This document shows, in pieces, positions 10,142 through 19,870 of a stretch of DNA of 64,000 bases. The DNA is taken from positions 11,266-75,265 of the forward strand of contig CAZYIM010000009.1 in NCBI GenBank assembly GCA_964647565.1, given 5' to 3'. The notes beneath the pieces were generated by a model. It was not told the DNA's origin, did not search any database, and saw nothing but the letters and a program-made list of their open reading frames with translations. The position numbers and the translations under genes were made by a program. Numbering within the stretch: position 1 is the stretch's first letter; every line of letters begins with the position of its first letter. This stretch comes from an uncultured Methanosarcinales archaeon (GTDB taxonomy: Archaea > Nanobdellota > Nanobdellia > Woesearchaeales > CAZYIM01).

Positions 10142-11170
10142 ATGGGACTTGAAGAAGAAATCAAGAAAACAAAAAGGAAATTACATAGCTTGAATATCGA
10201 AGTTATACCCAAAATGCCTGTTTATAAAAAAATACCTAAAAGCTGGTTTTTATGGGGTGTAGGAATCTTATTTTTGAGCTTCTTGGGTTATACGGGCATC
10301 ACTAAAATACCCTTCTCACAACCCAGTACAAAAACGCCTGTAAGATCATCAACCTATAATCCCCCAAATGGCTCAGACCTTTATCAAAGGAAAACAGGCG
10401 ATCTTTCGAAAATCGATCCCACTCCTGTAAAGATTGTAAACACGAAGAAAAAAAAAGATCTCTCAAAAATCAAACCTATATTCGAGGAAATCCCTATAAG
10501 GAACAAATATCAAACTAATTTGGCGGAAAACAATATTGCTGCAGAATCTCCTTCTCGTTACTCTAGTAGAGAACTTGAAATTTATATGACCCAGGGAGCA
10601 AAACTTTCTAATCTTGGAAGATATGATGACGCATTGAATTACTATGACAGAGCACTAGCCATAGAGCCTAATAATCAGAAAATCCGAAGCAGTAAAGGCC
10701 TTGCACTTCTACGCCAGGGTAGTTCGCTTCAGAAAAAAGGAAAACTTGATTTGGGCATTGAAAAATTTCTTGATGCAAAAAAATTTCTTACAGATAAAAG
10801 TCCTGCAAATACAGGATTATATACTTGCTATCTTGACAAAGGAATTGATGCATTTAACACTAAATCATTCCGGACTTCACTCGTTTCATTTAATAATGCT
10901 CTCAGATATCAATCAAATGGCGCCAAAGCAATGGAACTTAAAGGTGCTGCCCTATTTTATCTGAATCAAATTAATGAATCTAAAACCTGGATTGATAGAG
11001 CTCTAAAACAAAAAGAAACAGATTTTGGCTATTATTATCAGGGTCATATCCATTTCAAACTAGGTAATGTAATAGAAGGTGGTAATTCCTGGATAAAAGG
11101 CAGAGCAATTGACCCTACGGGATATTGTGCAAGACCTGGTAAGTCAACAGACATACGTAAAGCCCAGTAA
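10142..11170 (+). CDS. Leader-array protein 10: TM helix and TPR domain
   Basis: MGLEEEIKKTKRKL; TM WFLWGVGILFLSFLGY; TPR motif LGRYDDALNYYDRALAIEP. Confidence 0.85.
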   Translation: MGLEEEIKKTKRKLHSLNIEVIPKMPVYKKIPKSWFLWGVGILFLSFLGYTGITKIPFSQPSTKTPVRSSTYNPPNGSDLYQRKTGDLSKIDPTPVKIVNTKKKKDLSKIKPIFEEIPIRNKYQTNLAENNIAAESPSRYSSRELEIYMTQGAKLSNLGRYDDALNYYDRALAIEPNNQKIRSSKGLALLRQGSSLQKKGKLDLGIEKFLDAKKFLTDKSPANTGLYTCYLDKGIDAFNTKSFRTSLVSFNNALRYQSNGAKAMELKGAALFYLNQINESKTWIDRALKQKETDFGYYYQGHIHFKLGNVIEGGNSWIKGRAIDPTGYCARPGKSTDIRKAQ

Positions 11171-11198
11171 CCTCTCTACAAAGGATTGAAAGATTAAA

Positions 11199-11690
11199 AT
11201 GCCGCTTGAACACGATGTACAAAGTATGAGGGAATTGCTCAAAACTCTGAATATAGAAATCAAGAAAGGCCCTTTGACTGAAGAAGAGTATCGTGAATTA
11301 ATTGATCAAGCTTTAGAAGAAGTTAGACTAAAGAAAGAAGTTGTGGTAAAAGAGCTTGAAAGACTAAAAAAAGGTGACTTTGAAAGCAGGTTAACTGATT
11401 TAATACTAAAAGAGAAATATTCGCAGATGAGAAGTGTCCTGATAGCTGCAAACGATAGATTTGGAAGACATGGAAAATATAGTATAATTGGAAGAAAGCT
11501 GACAACTCTTGAGAAATTAAGATATAAAATTCCTAAAAAAGTGGAAGAATCAAACATTTATGATTTGGAAGAAAAGATTGTTGCGAAGATCAAGAAGTTA
11601 AGAGGAAGAAATGTGGACGTGCATTATCTAGAAAAAGAACTGAACAGACTCGATCCAGATTATGAAATAAAGGGAAAGCCTTCAAAATAA
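11199..11690 (+). CDS. Leader-array protein 11: charged helical/coiled-coil protein
   Basis: MPLEHDVQSMRELLKTLNIEI; E/K/L-rich. Confidence 0.7.
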   Translation: MPLEHDVQSMRELLKTLNIEIKKGPLTEEEYRELIDQALEEVRLKKEVVVKELERLKKGDFESRLTDLILKEKYSQMRSVLIAANDRFGRHGKYSIIGRKLTTLEKLRYKIPKKVEESNIYDLEEKIVAKIKKLRGRNVDVHYLEKELNRLDPDYEIKGKPSK

Positions 11691-11700
11691 TTATAGAAAA

Positions 11701-12687
11701 ATGCCTCTAGAAGAAGACATAAAAAAAACAAAGCAACTCCTCGAAGGTCTCGACATCCAACTCAAGAAGGAGATATTGGCAGCTGGCGCTATTAAATTGA
11801 CTGAAAAGGATCTGATGGTTGAGAAGGCTCTCAATCATTATCTTGAAAATTCTTCACAAGAGATAAGCAATAGTTGTATTGGGAAGAGCATTAATGCTAT
11901 GGATGCATTCTATTTTACATTCAAAGATAAATCAGAAGAAAAGTTCGAATTGACTGATAGCATCTATCACAAGAATGAAGAGCTAGAAGAGATTACTTTT
12001 CACAGTCTTAAGAAATTCCATGAGAAAGTTAATCCTGAATTTCTCATATTGATGGAATCAATCTATGATGAAATGGATCAACTTCTTCCAGAATATGCAA
12101 AGGAGTTTGACAATCTGCTAAATCCTACCAACAAAGAAGAAGAGAAGAGTTATCCTGGAATGGATTTCAAGAAATGGACTGAGATGGCGGGAAAAGAGGA
12201 AAAGGGAACCTATACACCAGATTTTATGAGGAATCCATTACCACCCATTCAAACGCATAGCCCATTCCCAACTAAACCAAAAGAAGAGCCTTTTGCCTAT
12301 AAGCCTGACTTCATGAAGATGAAAATACCTCAGATTTCAAATGAAAGTCATATAGACGAGAAATATACGCCCTTGCTCGATTTGTTACATGAATCTGTAT
12401 CTGATAAAGAAATGACTGTTATGAAACTCCATACCGAACTGTCTAAAGTAACTCATGACAATTCAATAACTATGGCAAGGCATCTGCAGTTCAGACAAGC
12501 CAGCCAGCTATTGCAACCATTTTCAGATCTGGATATCATACTTTATCTTATCAGGTAGGCTGTGACTGAAGATGTTAAACTAGATCCCATAAAACTGAAC
12601 AAGATGAGCAGGCAGGACATGATCAGCACATTCCTAAGCCATGAAGGCTATTGGATGCAAAGAGAGTTCGGGCTGGTGAAGAAATGA
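11701..12687 (+). CDS. Leader-array protein 12: hypothetical protein with an internal in-frame TAG at 12556-12558 (truncated allele or readthrough)
   Basis: MPLEEDIKKTKQLL; the frame stays open for 42 codons after the TAG and ends in a TGA that overlaps the next ATG (ATGA at 12684-12687). Confidence 0.65.
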
Positions 12688-13982
12688 GTCTAATCGAAGA
12701 TATTTGGGAAGCGAAGAGAACCTTGGAATCGCTAGTAATAAACGTGTATGAAACAATAGAAATAACACCCAATCCTGAAGATCTTTCCCTTGAAAAGAAA
12801 ATGGACTTCGGATTTCCAACAAAGGGAGGTAACTTTGCTAGAACAGGTTTTGTGGATTTCAGCACAAAAGAGCCTTCAGAGACCATGGTGCTGTTTCTGG
12901 CAACAAAGATAAGTGAGGGAACCTCTCTTTTCGCATATAAGCCGAATCCTAAGCCAGAACTCATCTGGACTATGCCACTAGAAAAGGATTGGATAGGATC
13001 TGAATTTGTTTCCAAAAAAAATGTAGCTGTCGGATACAACAGGATTTATGCTATAACCCAACATCTGAAATCGTGGTTGAACATCCTTGATTTCAAGGGA
13101 AATCATCTTGAGCGAGTTCAACTCGATTACGTTGCAGCCAGATATTCCCACCCAATGGTTTATGGTCATGACAGCCTTTTGTTATCATCGCAAAAAAATA
13201 TGTATTGTTATGACAGGGATGGCAAGCTGAAATGGGAGACTGAACATCCTGCAGCATTTAGTTATCCACCAACAATCGGAAAAGATGGAATCTATTATGT
13301 TTCAGACAGAGGTACAGTATCTGCAGCCTATAATCTGGATGGTACAAAAAAGTGGATTGTTCAGCATAGGGATGGAGAAATGCCATTCATAACTGCTTAT
13401 TCAAAATCATCACCAATACTGTTTAATGACATGGCAATCTATGGATTATGGAAAGGAGTTGTTGCACTTGATAGAAAAACAGGTCAACAAAGATGGAAAT
13501 TCAATGTAAATAGTAATTCGGATCATGATTCAACAGTTCCAGCCCTATATGACAATAAGATATTCTATAGATTCTGGTCTGTCAGCGATGAAAGACTCAT
13601 CTGTCTGGATGCAAGAGATGGTAGAAAACTCTGGGAAACAGGGGTTAGAGATAACAATGACAAACCACCGGTTATTGACCAGGGAAGAATATTTCTTCCT
13701 CAAGCTCGTTCAGTAGCTGGCTATAACCTGACAGAGAGAGGAATTAATTCAAAGTTTAACTTGAACATAGATGTACATAATAATTATATTAATGGCCTTG
13801 CAGTACTTGAAGACTTTCTGGCTGTTGGCATAGATTGCATAAAGACAATCTTTGTTGATGTTAGCAAGGCAAATGGGGAGTGCAAGTTAACTGAACTAGG
13901 AGAAGGAAACTACTCAATTCTAGAGCAGGGAAACGCTACAAATCCGATAATAATAAGATATGATAAGGAACTAGTAAAGTAA
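12684..13982 (+). CDS. Leader-array protein 13: PQQ-like beta-propeller
   Basis: ATG 12684 after GGTGA; MSLIEDIWEAKRTL; FPTKGGNFARTG; CYDRDGKLKW, ALDRKTGQQRW, CLDARDGRKLW. Confidence 0.85.
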   Translation: MSLIEDIWEAKRTLESLVINVYETIEITPNPEDLSLEKKMDFGFPTKGGNFARTGFVDFSTKEPSETMVLFLATKISEGTSLFAYKPNPKPELIWTMPLEKDWIGSEFVSKKNVAVGYNRIYAITQHLKSWLNILDFKGNHLERVQLDYVAARYSHPMVYGHDSLLLSSQKNMYCYDRDGKLKWETEHPAAFSYPPTIGKDGIYYVSDRGTVSAAYNLDGTKKWIVQHRDGEMPFITAYSKSSPILFNDMAIYGLWKGVVALDRKTGQQRWKFNVNSNSDHDSTVPALYDNKIFYRFWSVSDERLICLDARDGRKLWETGVRDNNDKPPVIDQGRIFLPQARSVAGYNLTERGINSKFNLNIDVHNNYINGLAVLEDFLAVGIDCIKTIFVDVSKANGECKLTELGEGNYSILEQGNATNPIIIRYDKELVK

Positions 13983-13983
13983 G

Positions 13984-15378
13984 ATGTCACTTGAAAAAGA
14001 AGTTCGGAAAACAAAGAAAAAGCTTCAAACATTAGAAATCGAGGTCAAGATATCAGAGTTAGAATTAGAGAAAAAATTCAATCTTGGTAATAAGACCTAT
14101 CATGGAGATTATTCCAAAACCAGATCAGTTGATATTAGAACTTCATCCGACGAAAGCGATCTTTTAGTATTATCAAGAAATTTGGACAACGAAATTAATG
14201 TATATCGACCGTTACCAGACTTGAATGTTCAGCCTTTTTGGGGGATTAATATGGAAACAAATAAAGAAGGATGGGCTGGTCTTCAAACATCCACTATAGG
14301 TATTGGTTATAACAGGCTTTTTATTGTTACTCATGCTTATATGCAGATAGAAAGCCCTGAGGATGTCAATGCCTGCAAATCTTTTTTGAACATTTATGAT
14401 TTCAAGGGCAACCTTTTACATAAAAAAAATATTGATAAAGAGTTAGGCACCATATATGGTAAGGAAATTTTCGGAGGACCTAGTGTTGTTTATAAAAATA
14501 ATTCTTTAATTGTTCATACAGCTGCAAAATATGTTTGTTTTGATAGGGATGGCAATAAGAAATGGGATTTTACAAAATCAAAGAATAATGAAAAATTCAG
14601 GATCCTGTATCATCCAGAAATGACCGAGGATGCAATTTATGCACATTATATGTTTGAAGATGGGAATACCTATAAGGTTGCCAAACTGGACTATGATGGA
14701 CAGATATTATGGGAATCACCAGGAGCGCATAGTTTCGGACCATTTATCTACAAAGATCTTTTTATCTTTTACGAGAGTAAGAATCTTGTTGCTTTAGACA
14801 AGGATGGAAAACGAGAATGGAAATATACTCTGGATAAAGGGAAATTCTATTCAAATGTTGTTCTTCACAAAGACAAGATACTAGTTTTGATAGATCCCAA
14901 TCCTAAAAATAGCATAAAAATCTACGGATATGATGAAACAGTAGTTCATGATTTTTTAAGCATAGATGCCATTACCGGAAAAACTGTCTGGAAAGATCAA
15001 TTAATCCTTCCAGGAAAATATAGTTTCGCATCAAGTATAAACAATAAGATATATGCAAATACTTCAGATGAAAATGATAAATATGAATCAACATATGAGT
15101 ATATATTCACAGAAACTGGAATAAGCGAAGGCTGGCGTCGCAAACTGCCTATAGCAATCCATTATAGCGAAATAGCAATGAGGAATAATTTAATGGCCTA
15201 CAATGCGGGCATATTAAGTACGCTAAAAGAGCCATATACAACTGTATTATTAGATATGGAAAAAATCAGAAAAAATTCACCTCCTCCATTAAAAATAAGT
15301 GAAGATACATATGCATTGATAAAGAAATGCGATCGTCAACCTTTGATAATAGAATGCGACAAAGAGCTACTCGATTAA
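13984..15378 (+). CDS. Leader-array protein 14: PQQ-like beta-propeller
   Basis: MSLEKEVRKTKKKL; IGYNRLF, YDFKG, CFDRDGNKKW, ALDKDGKREW. Confidence 0.85.
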   Translation: MSLEKEVRKTKKKLQTLEIEVKISELELEKKFNLGNKTYHGDYSKTRSVDIRTSSDESDLLVLSRNLDNEINVYRPLPDLNVQPFWGINMETNKEGWAGLQTSTIGIGYNRLFIVTHAYMQIESPEDVNACKSFLNIYDFKGNLLHKKNIDKELGTIYGKEIFGGPSVVYKNNSLIVHTAAKYVCFDRDGNKKWDFTKSKNNEKFRILYHPEMTEDAIYAHYMFEDGNTYKVAKLDYDGQILWESPGAHSFGPFIYKDLFIFYESKNLVALDKDGKREWKYTLDKGKFYSNVVLHKDKILVLIDPNPKNSIKIYGYDETVVHDFLSIDAITGKTVWKDQLILPGKYSFASSINNKIYANTSDENDKYESTYEYIFTETGISEGWRRKLPIAIHYSEIAMRNNLMAYNAGILSTLKEPYTTVLLDMEKIRKNSPPPLKISEDTYALIKKCDRQPLIIECDKELLD

Positions 15379-15379
15379 G

Positions 15380-16099
15380 ATGTCACTTGAAGAAGATGTA
15401 CAACAAGCTAGGCGACAGTTAAGAAGATTAGAAATTAAGATATATGAAGCTCCAATTGAAATACCTAAAAAAATAAAAAAAAAGAAAAGAAGATTAAAAG
15501 TTTGGCTCACAAGTCTGGTTTCGATTGTTGTACTGGCCACAGGAGGATATTTTGGCTACAACCCTGCTACGAACTTGATCGATAACATCAAGGAGAACAG
15601 ACTGATTACAAGTATAGAAAATTCAAATCCAACAATCGGCAGAAAGGAATCTATCATCAGCACCAATCCTAGAGATTATAAGACAGTACGGGAGCTCCAG
15701 ATGTTCTGGATAAACCAAGGCAACTCATATCTTGAAGAATTCAAGTTTAAACAGGCACAATCCTGCTACGACAAGGTAAACGAAGTTGAGTTTGATGAAG
15801 AAACTTGGGATGGCATGACTAATGGTGATGTCTTGGGCTCAGCTAATTCGATGCTCAACTCTGCAACTGCTGTGGGTTTGTATATATTCACAGACTGGCT
15901 ATTGGATGAGGGCGTACCAAAACTGAATTCAAGACATGAAAAGCTAGCGCATCTTGCCTCTAAGTTCGAGGAAGGGAACGATTATGAAAGCTCATTATAC
16001 TATTACAAAAAAGCTTACACATTGAATAAAAAACAATCCTACAAAGACGGAATAGACAGAACACAAAAAAAATTCAAAGAACAACAAGATGCCACTTGA
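15380..16099 (+). CDS. Leader-array protein 15: TM helix and TPR-like helical domain
   Basis: MSLEEDVQQARRQL; basic stretch, then TM VWLTSLVSIVVLATGGYFG; SLYYYKKAYTLN. Confidence 0.75.
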   Translation: MSLEEDVQQARRQLRRLEIKIYEAPIEIPKKIKKKKRRLKVWLTSLVSIVVLATGGYFGYNPATNLIDNIKENRLITSIENSNPTIGRKESIISTNPRDYKTVRELQMFWINQGNSYLEEFKFKQAQSCYDKVNEVEFDEETWDGMTNGDVLGSANSMLNSATAVGLYIFTDWLLDEGVPKLNSRHEKLAHLASKFEEGNDYESSLYYYKKAYTLNKKQSYKDGIDRTQKKFKEQQDAT

Positions 16100-17876
16100 A
16101 GAAGATATTTATCGTATCAGGAAAAAATTAAAGAGATTAGATATTAAGCTAGTCAAGAAAACAAGTAAAACAAGAAGAAGTTTGACCTACATTACAGCAG
16201 CATTGTTATTAATCAGCGGAGGATATGCTAGCTATAAAATTGGTGGCCCAATAATAGAAAACACTCAAAAAAAAGGATTTATCAATAATATTCTAGATAA
16301 GTATCCAGAAATACTAGAAAAGGAAAAGATTGCTAATGACAATCCTCGGGAATTGCATAGCGTATTTGATGTTATATGGTTCTGGCATCAACAAGGAGAT
16401 TCTTGCCTTTCAGAATTTGAACTGAAAAAATCTAGTTACTGCTACAATAGGATTCTCGATGTAAAAATCGAATATTGGCAATCCGGAAAAGAACCTGCTC
16501 CTGGCGAAGTTGGTTTTTTTAACTGGAACTATTCACACATGGGCCGTAAGCATGCAGAAAAATACTTGAGCTTCATAAGCGAACTTAAAAAAAAAGATCT
16601 TCCTGAATTTGAACATAGATATGAAAAGATGACCTTTATCGCGGATGAATGGGTTAAAATAGAAGAATTACAGGATGCACTTTATTATTATGAAAAAGCA
16701 TTTGAGTTAAATAAATCTGAAGAGTATAAACAAAATATCGACAAGGTTCTTGAACTGATCAAAATACAAAACGCGAAAATAAACGCTGAACTAAAAGCTC
16801 AGTCTGAGAAGGAAAAAACAAGCAAAGGTTTACAAACTGAAGAGAGTAAAAGTCTTAAAACAAATCCGCCGCCTGCTGTAAAAGAGAAAAAGCCCATAGT
16901 AACTCCAAAGAAAATAATTCTTGATCCTAATGAAGAGAAGCTGTTCTATATGGTAGATGTTCCAAAAAAAGAAATGCCTCACATCCCCTCACCTTCATGG
17001 AGACGCAAGGATGGCGATATTAAAGCTATTTATATGCTGAATGAAAAGGGAAAATCTCGCAAGGATGACTATCTAGTAATCGCTATGGATGCTAATATAG
17101 AAGCGTTAACTGTTTTCAACAATGAATTATATATGGCACACCAGTCGAGCTCAGTGGAACCCTATACTGATTTTGAGGGGGATATAATCGTTAAAATCAT
17201 AAATAAAGAAGGTCAAGTCGTGAGGATCCCTATTGCAGATAGAAGGAACTTAACCACAACAACCCTTGTTAGCGGCGAAATAGATCATCCAAGAAATTCT
17301 ATACATGCTATTCAAGAATTCAACAATCAATTGCTGGATGGAGGTTCATATCCCTGGATTTTCAAAGCATTGGACTCTAATGGACACGCCATTAACAGAA
17401 AGTTCTTCAACACAGGACTTATATGGATTGATGATATTGCGGGGCTGGGCAGCACTCTTTACTATTCAGGAAGCTTGCCCGCTGAGATCTGCAGATTAGA
17501 GAATAATAATGGAGAGTTGGAGAAAAGAACAATCTTAACAAGACCCGACAAATACATACATGAACTCGAAGTATTGAACAATGAGCTATATGCAGCAATA
17601 AGCAATACTGCCTCTACCAAAGGCCAGATTCAGATTATAAAGGCTGTAAATGCTGCTGGGCAGACAGTCAGCCAGCTGATAGCATCAAGAAACTCAACCA
17701 TTTACGCCCTTGCTGTTCTTAACAATGAGCTATATGATGCAGGTTTCTATAAGAAAATCATCAAGACCATAAATACAGAAGGCAAAGTTGTAAATCATAC
17801 TATTCGGGATCTGCATGAAACAGTCTATGCGATGTGTGTTGGAAAGGTAAACTTCCAACCGCAAGTAAAGAATTAA
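16089..17876 (+). CDS. Leader-array protein 16: TM helix, TPR-like domain paralogous to protein 15, linker and repeat beta-propeller
   Basis: MPLEEDIYRIRKKL; repeated motif I.AL.V[LF]NNELY in the C-terminal half. Confidence 0.75.
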   Translation: MPLEEDIYRIRKKLKRLDIKLVKKTSKTRRSLTYITAALLLISGGYASYKIGGPIIENTQKKGFINNILDKYPEILEKEKIANDNPRELHSVFDVIWFWHQQGDSCLSEFELKKSSYCYNRILDVKIEYWQSGKEPAPGEVGFFNWNYSHMGRKHAEKYLSFISELKKKDLPEFEHRYEKMTFIADEWVKIEELQDALYYYEKAFELNKSEEYKQNIDKVLELIKIQNAKINAELKAQSEKEKTSKGLQTEESKSLKTNPPPAVKEKKPIVTPKKIILDPNEEKLFYMVDVPKKEMPHIPSPSWRRKDGDIKAIYMLNEKGKSRKDDYLVIAMDANIEALTVFNNELYMAHQSSSVEPYTDFEGDIIVKIINKEGQVVRIPIADRRNLTTTTLVSGEIDHPRNSIHAIQEFNNQLLDGGSYPWIFKALDSNGHAINRKFFNTGLIWIDDIAGLGSTLYYSGSLPAEICRLENNNGELEKRTILTRPDKYIHELEVLNNELYAAISNTASTKGQIQIIKAVNAAGQTVSQLIASRNSTIYALAVLNNELYDAGFYKKIIKTINTEGKVVNHTIRDLHETVYAMCVGKVNFQPQVKN

Positions 17877-17877
17877 A

Positions 17878-19203
17878 ATGCCACTTGAAGACGACGTAAA
17901 AAAAACAAAGAAAAAACTGCATAGTCTCAGCTATATTATCGATGAAACTCTTGGCATTGAACAGAAGATCGGCTGCTGCTGGCCAACAGACAGGGGCAAC
18001 TTCGAGCGGACAGGTTTTGTAGATGCCAGCGTACCTAAAGAAGATTCAGATTTGGTGCAGTTAGTTTTAACTAATAGTGGCTTTGTAACTGCATTTAAGG
18101 TCGATAAGAAATCCGATAAATTATGGAGTAAAGAGCTGTTCCATTATAATGAAACTCGAGGAAAGTCGAGGGGGCCCTATAGCAATCTAGCTATTGGATA
18201 TGATAGGATATATTGTGTCTTGGATGGATTTATGATTGTTTTAAATTTCAAAGGAGATATTATCAATAAAAAAAAAGAATTTAAATTTAAAAATCGCATT
18301 GAAAAAAATTGTGATATTGTTTATAAGAACAACAGACTTATTGTAAGTTCACAAAAAGGCTTATCCTGTTTTGACAGAGATGGAAATAGGGAGTGGGATT
18401 TTAAAGATCTGAATACAAAAATCACATTACCTACGATTACAGATGATGCCATCTATTTTAACTCAGGAGATCCTAAAAAAAGAAATAAAGTTGTTAGTTA
18501 TGTTGGGGCCATCGATTTGAATGGAAAAGAAAAATGGAGATTTGATTTTGATAAAAGGTTCTTTGAAAAAAAAGGAGATTGGAATCCTGACATATTACTC
18601 AAATCTTCATCTTTGATTTTTAAAGACTACATAATTTTCAGCTATAATAGTGGAATATTTACATTAGACAGAGAAGGGAATTTTATATGGGAATTTACTC
18701 CAAAGGATATACCTGCAATCTTAGGCCCTCCCACCAAACTAACTCTCAGGGGCAATACAGTCATAAGTTACCTGCCTGTAACCAATACTCTGTATTTTCT
18801 TAATGCAAAGACAGGAACTATATTGCATGATACTATTAAAGACGCAGGCATACATTCGTATATTCCAATTCATTCTGGCAAAATTTATGTTAAAAATATT
18901 TATAACCATAATTCCTTGACTGAGTTTGAGATTAAAGATAAGCGGGTTGAGGAAAGATGGACAATAATTTCAGACAATGATGTTGGCCAGCCAATCATTA
19001 ATGATAAGTATGTGATTTTTAATGCGGGGATGTCAATCAAGGGAGACTTCATGATATTAGACAGAACAGATTTAGAAGGAGATTATAAAATCAATACATG
19101 GAGTAACCGGATCAGCATACCTAAAGATAAATATTCAGTATTAAAGTTTGTAAGACACAGTGATGTTGTACTTGTAAAGGCCAATAAAAAACTCTTGTAC
19201 TAA
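17878..19203 (+). CDS. Leader-array protein 17: PQQ-like beta-propeller
   Basis: MPLEDDVKKTKKKL; WPTDRGNFERTG; CFDRDGNREW, AIDLNGKEKW. Confidence 0.85.
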   Translation: MPLEDDVKKTKKKLHSLSYIIDETLGIEQKIGCCWPTDRGNFERTGFVDASVPKEDSDLVQLVLTNSGFVTAFKVDKKSDKLWSKELFHYNETRGKSRGPYSNLAIGYDRIYCVLDGFMIVLNFKGDIINKKKEFKFKNRIEKNCDIVYKNNRLIVSSQKGLSCFDRDGNREWDFKDLNTKITLPTITDDAIYFNSGDPKKRNKVVSYVGAIDLNGKEKWRFDFDKRFFEKKGDWNPDILLKSSSLIFKDYIIFSYNSGIFTLDREGNFIWEFTPKDIPAILGPPTKLTLRGNTVISYLPVTNTLYFLNAKTGTILHDTIKDAGIHSYIPIHSGKIYVKNIYNHNSLTEFEIKDKRVEERWTIISDNDVGQPIINDKYVIFNAGMSIKGDFMILDRTDLEGDYKINTWSNRISIPKDKYSVLKFVRHSDVVLVKANKKLLY

Positions 19204-19204
19204 A

Positions 19205-19237
19205 ATGCCGCTTGAAGAAGATATCAACAATCCATAG
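19205..19237 (+). pseudogene. Leader-only remnant (MPLEEDINNP*) of an 18th array gene
   Basis: ATGCCGCTTGAAGAAGATATCAACAATCCATAG begins 1 nt after the previous stop, like other array junctions. Confidence 0.75.
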
Positions 19238-19275
19238 AAAAATTTATATCTTTCAAAGGTATTGATCAAAACGAG

Positions 19276-19833
19276 GTGGTCAAAATAGATAAAGAGGTTA
19301 GCATTGAAGAAGTCACTAATTACAGGCCTGGCACCAGGAACCTAATCATGTCAAGCCTAGAATCTGAAATCGAAAAGCATGAGAACTTATTTAGACAGCA
19401 TGGTTGGCAGTGTAAGACAATTCGTGATCCCAAAAGTCCGACTGACTATGAACAGCTTGCAACTATTGTGAATGACGATGATGCAGAAGACACCATCTAT
19501 CTTGTTTTGGTCAATGATGATGCTCATGCCTCAAGGATGAGAGATATCAGCACCCAAATGTATGAATATCTTGAAAAATTTGACTCTGTAAACCATTGGC
19601 ACATATTTCATGAAGATGTCCGAGTGCCTCCTGGAAATGAAACAGTCAAACTTCACGGGGAATATACAGAAGCATACCAACCCCCTCCTTTAAACAAGAA
19701 AACTTACGAAAAGCCCGAGTTTAGAATAGTCAATGAGAATGATGAGGCCTGCAGGAACCGCCATAAGAGAATAATGAATAAGTTCAAGAATAGAGGAAAC
19801 TCAAACGGTTTTGGTGCAGATATGCGCTTCTAA
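19276..19833 (+). CDS. Hypothetical protein
   Basis: 185-aa ORF with GTG start; TTTATA box upstream; no leader motif. Confidence 0.55.
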   Translation: MVKIDKEVSIEEVTNYRPGTRNLIMSSLESEIEKHENLFRQHGWQCKTIRDPKSPTDYEQLATIVNDDDAEDTIYLVLVNDDAHASRMRDISTQMYEYLEKFDSVNHWHIFHEDVRVPPGNETVKLHGEYTEAYQPPPLNKKTYEKPEFRIVNENDEACRNRHKRIMNKFKNRGNSNGFGADMRF

Positions 19834-19870
19834 TAAAAAGATTTAAAAACTTCCAACCAAATATCCCTTT

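Noticed and set aside
465..19237. Array junctions (TAA-N-ATG-[CT]C-N-CTTGAA) as integron-like or DNA-level recombination sites
   Set aside because: Leader codons vary synonymously, there are no attC-like palindromes and no integrase in the window, and the same stop-N-ATG spacing occurs outside the array (24052/24054, 25727/25725, 46138/46140), so it reflects general translational coupling
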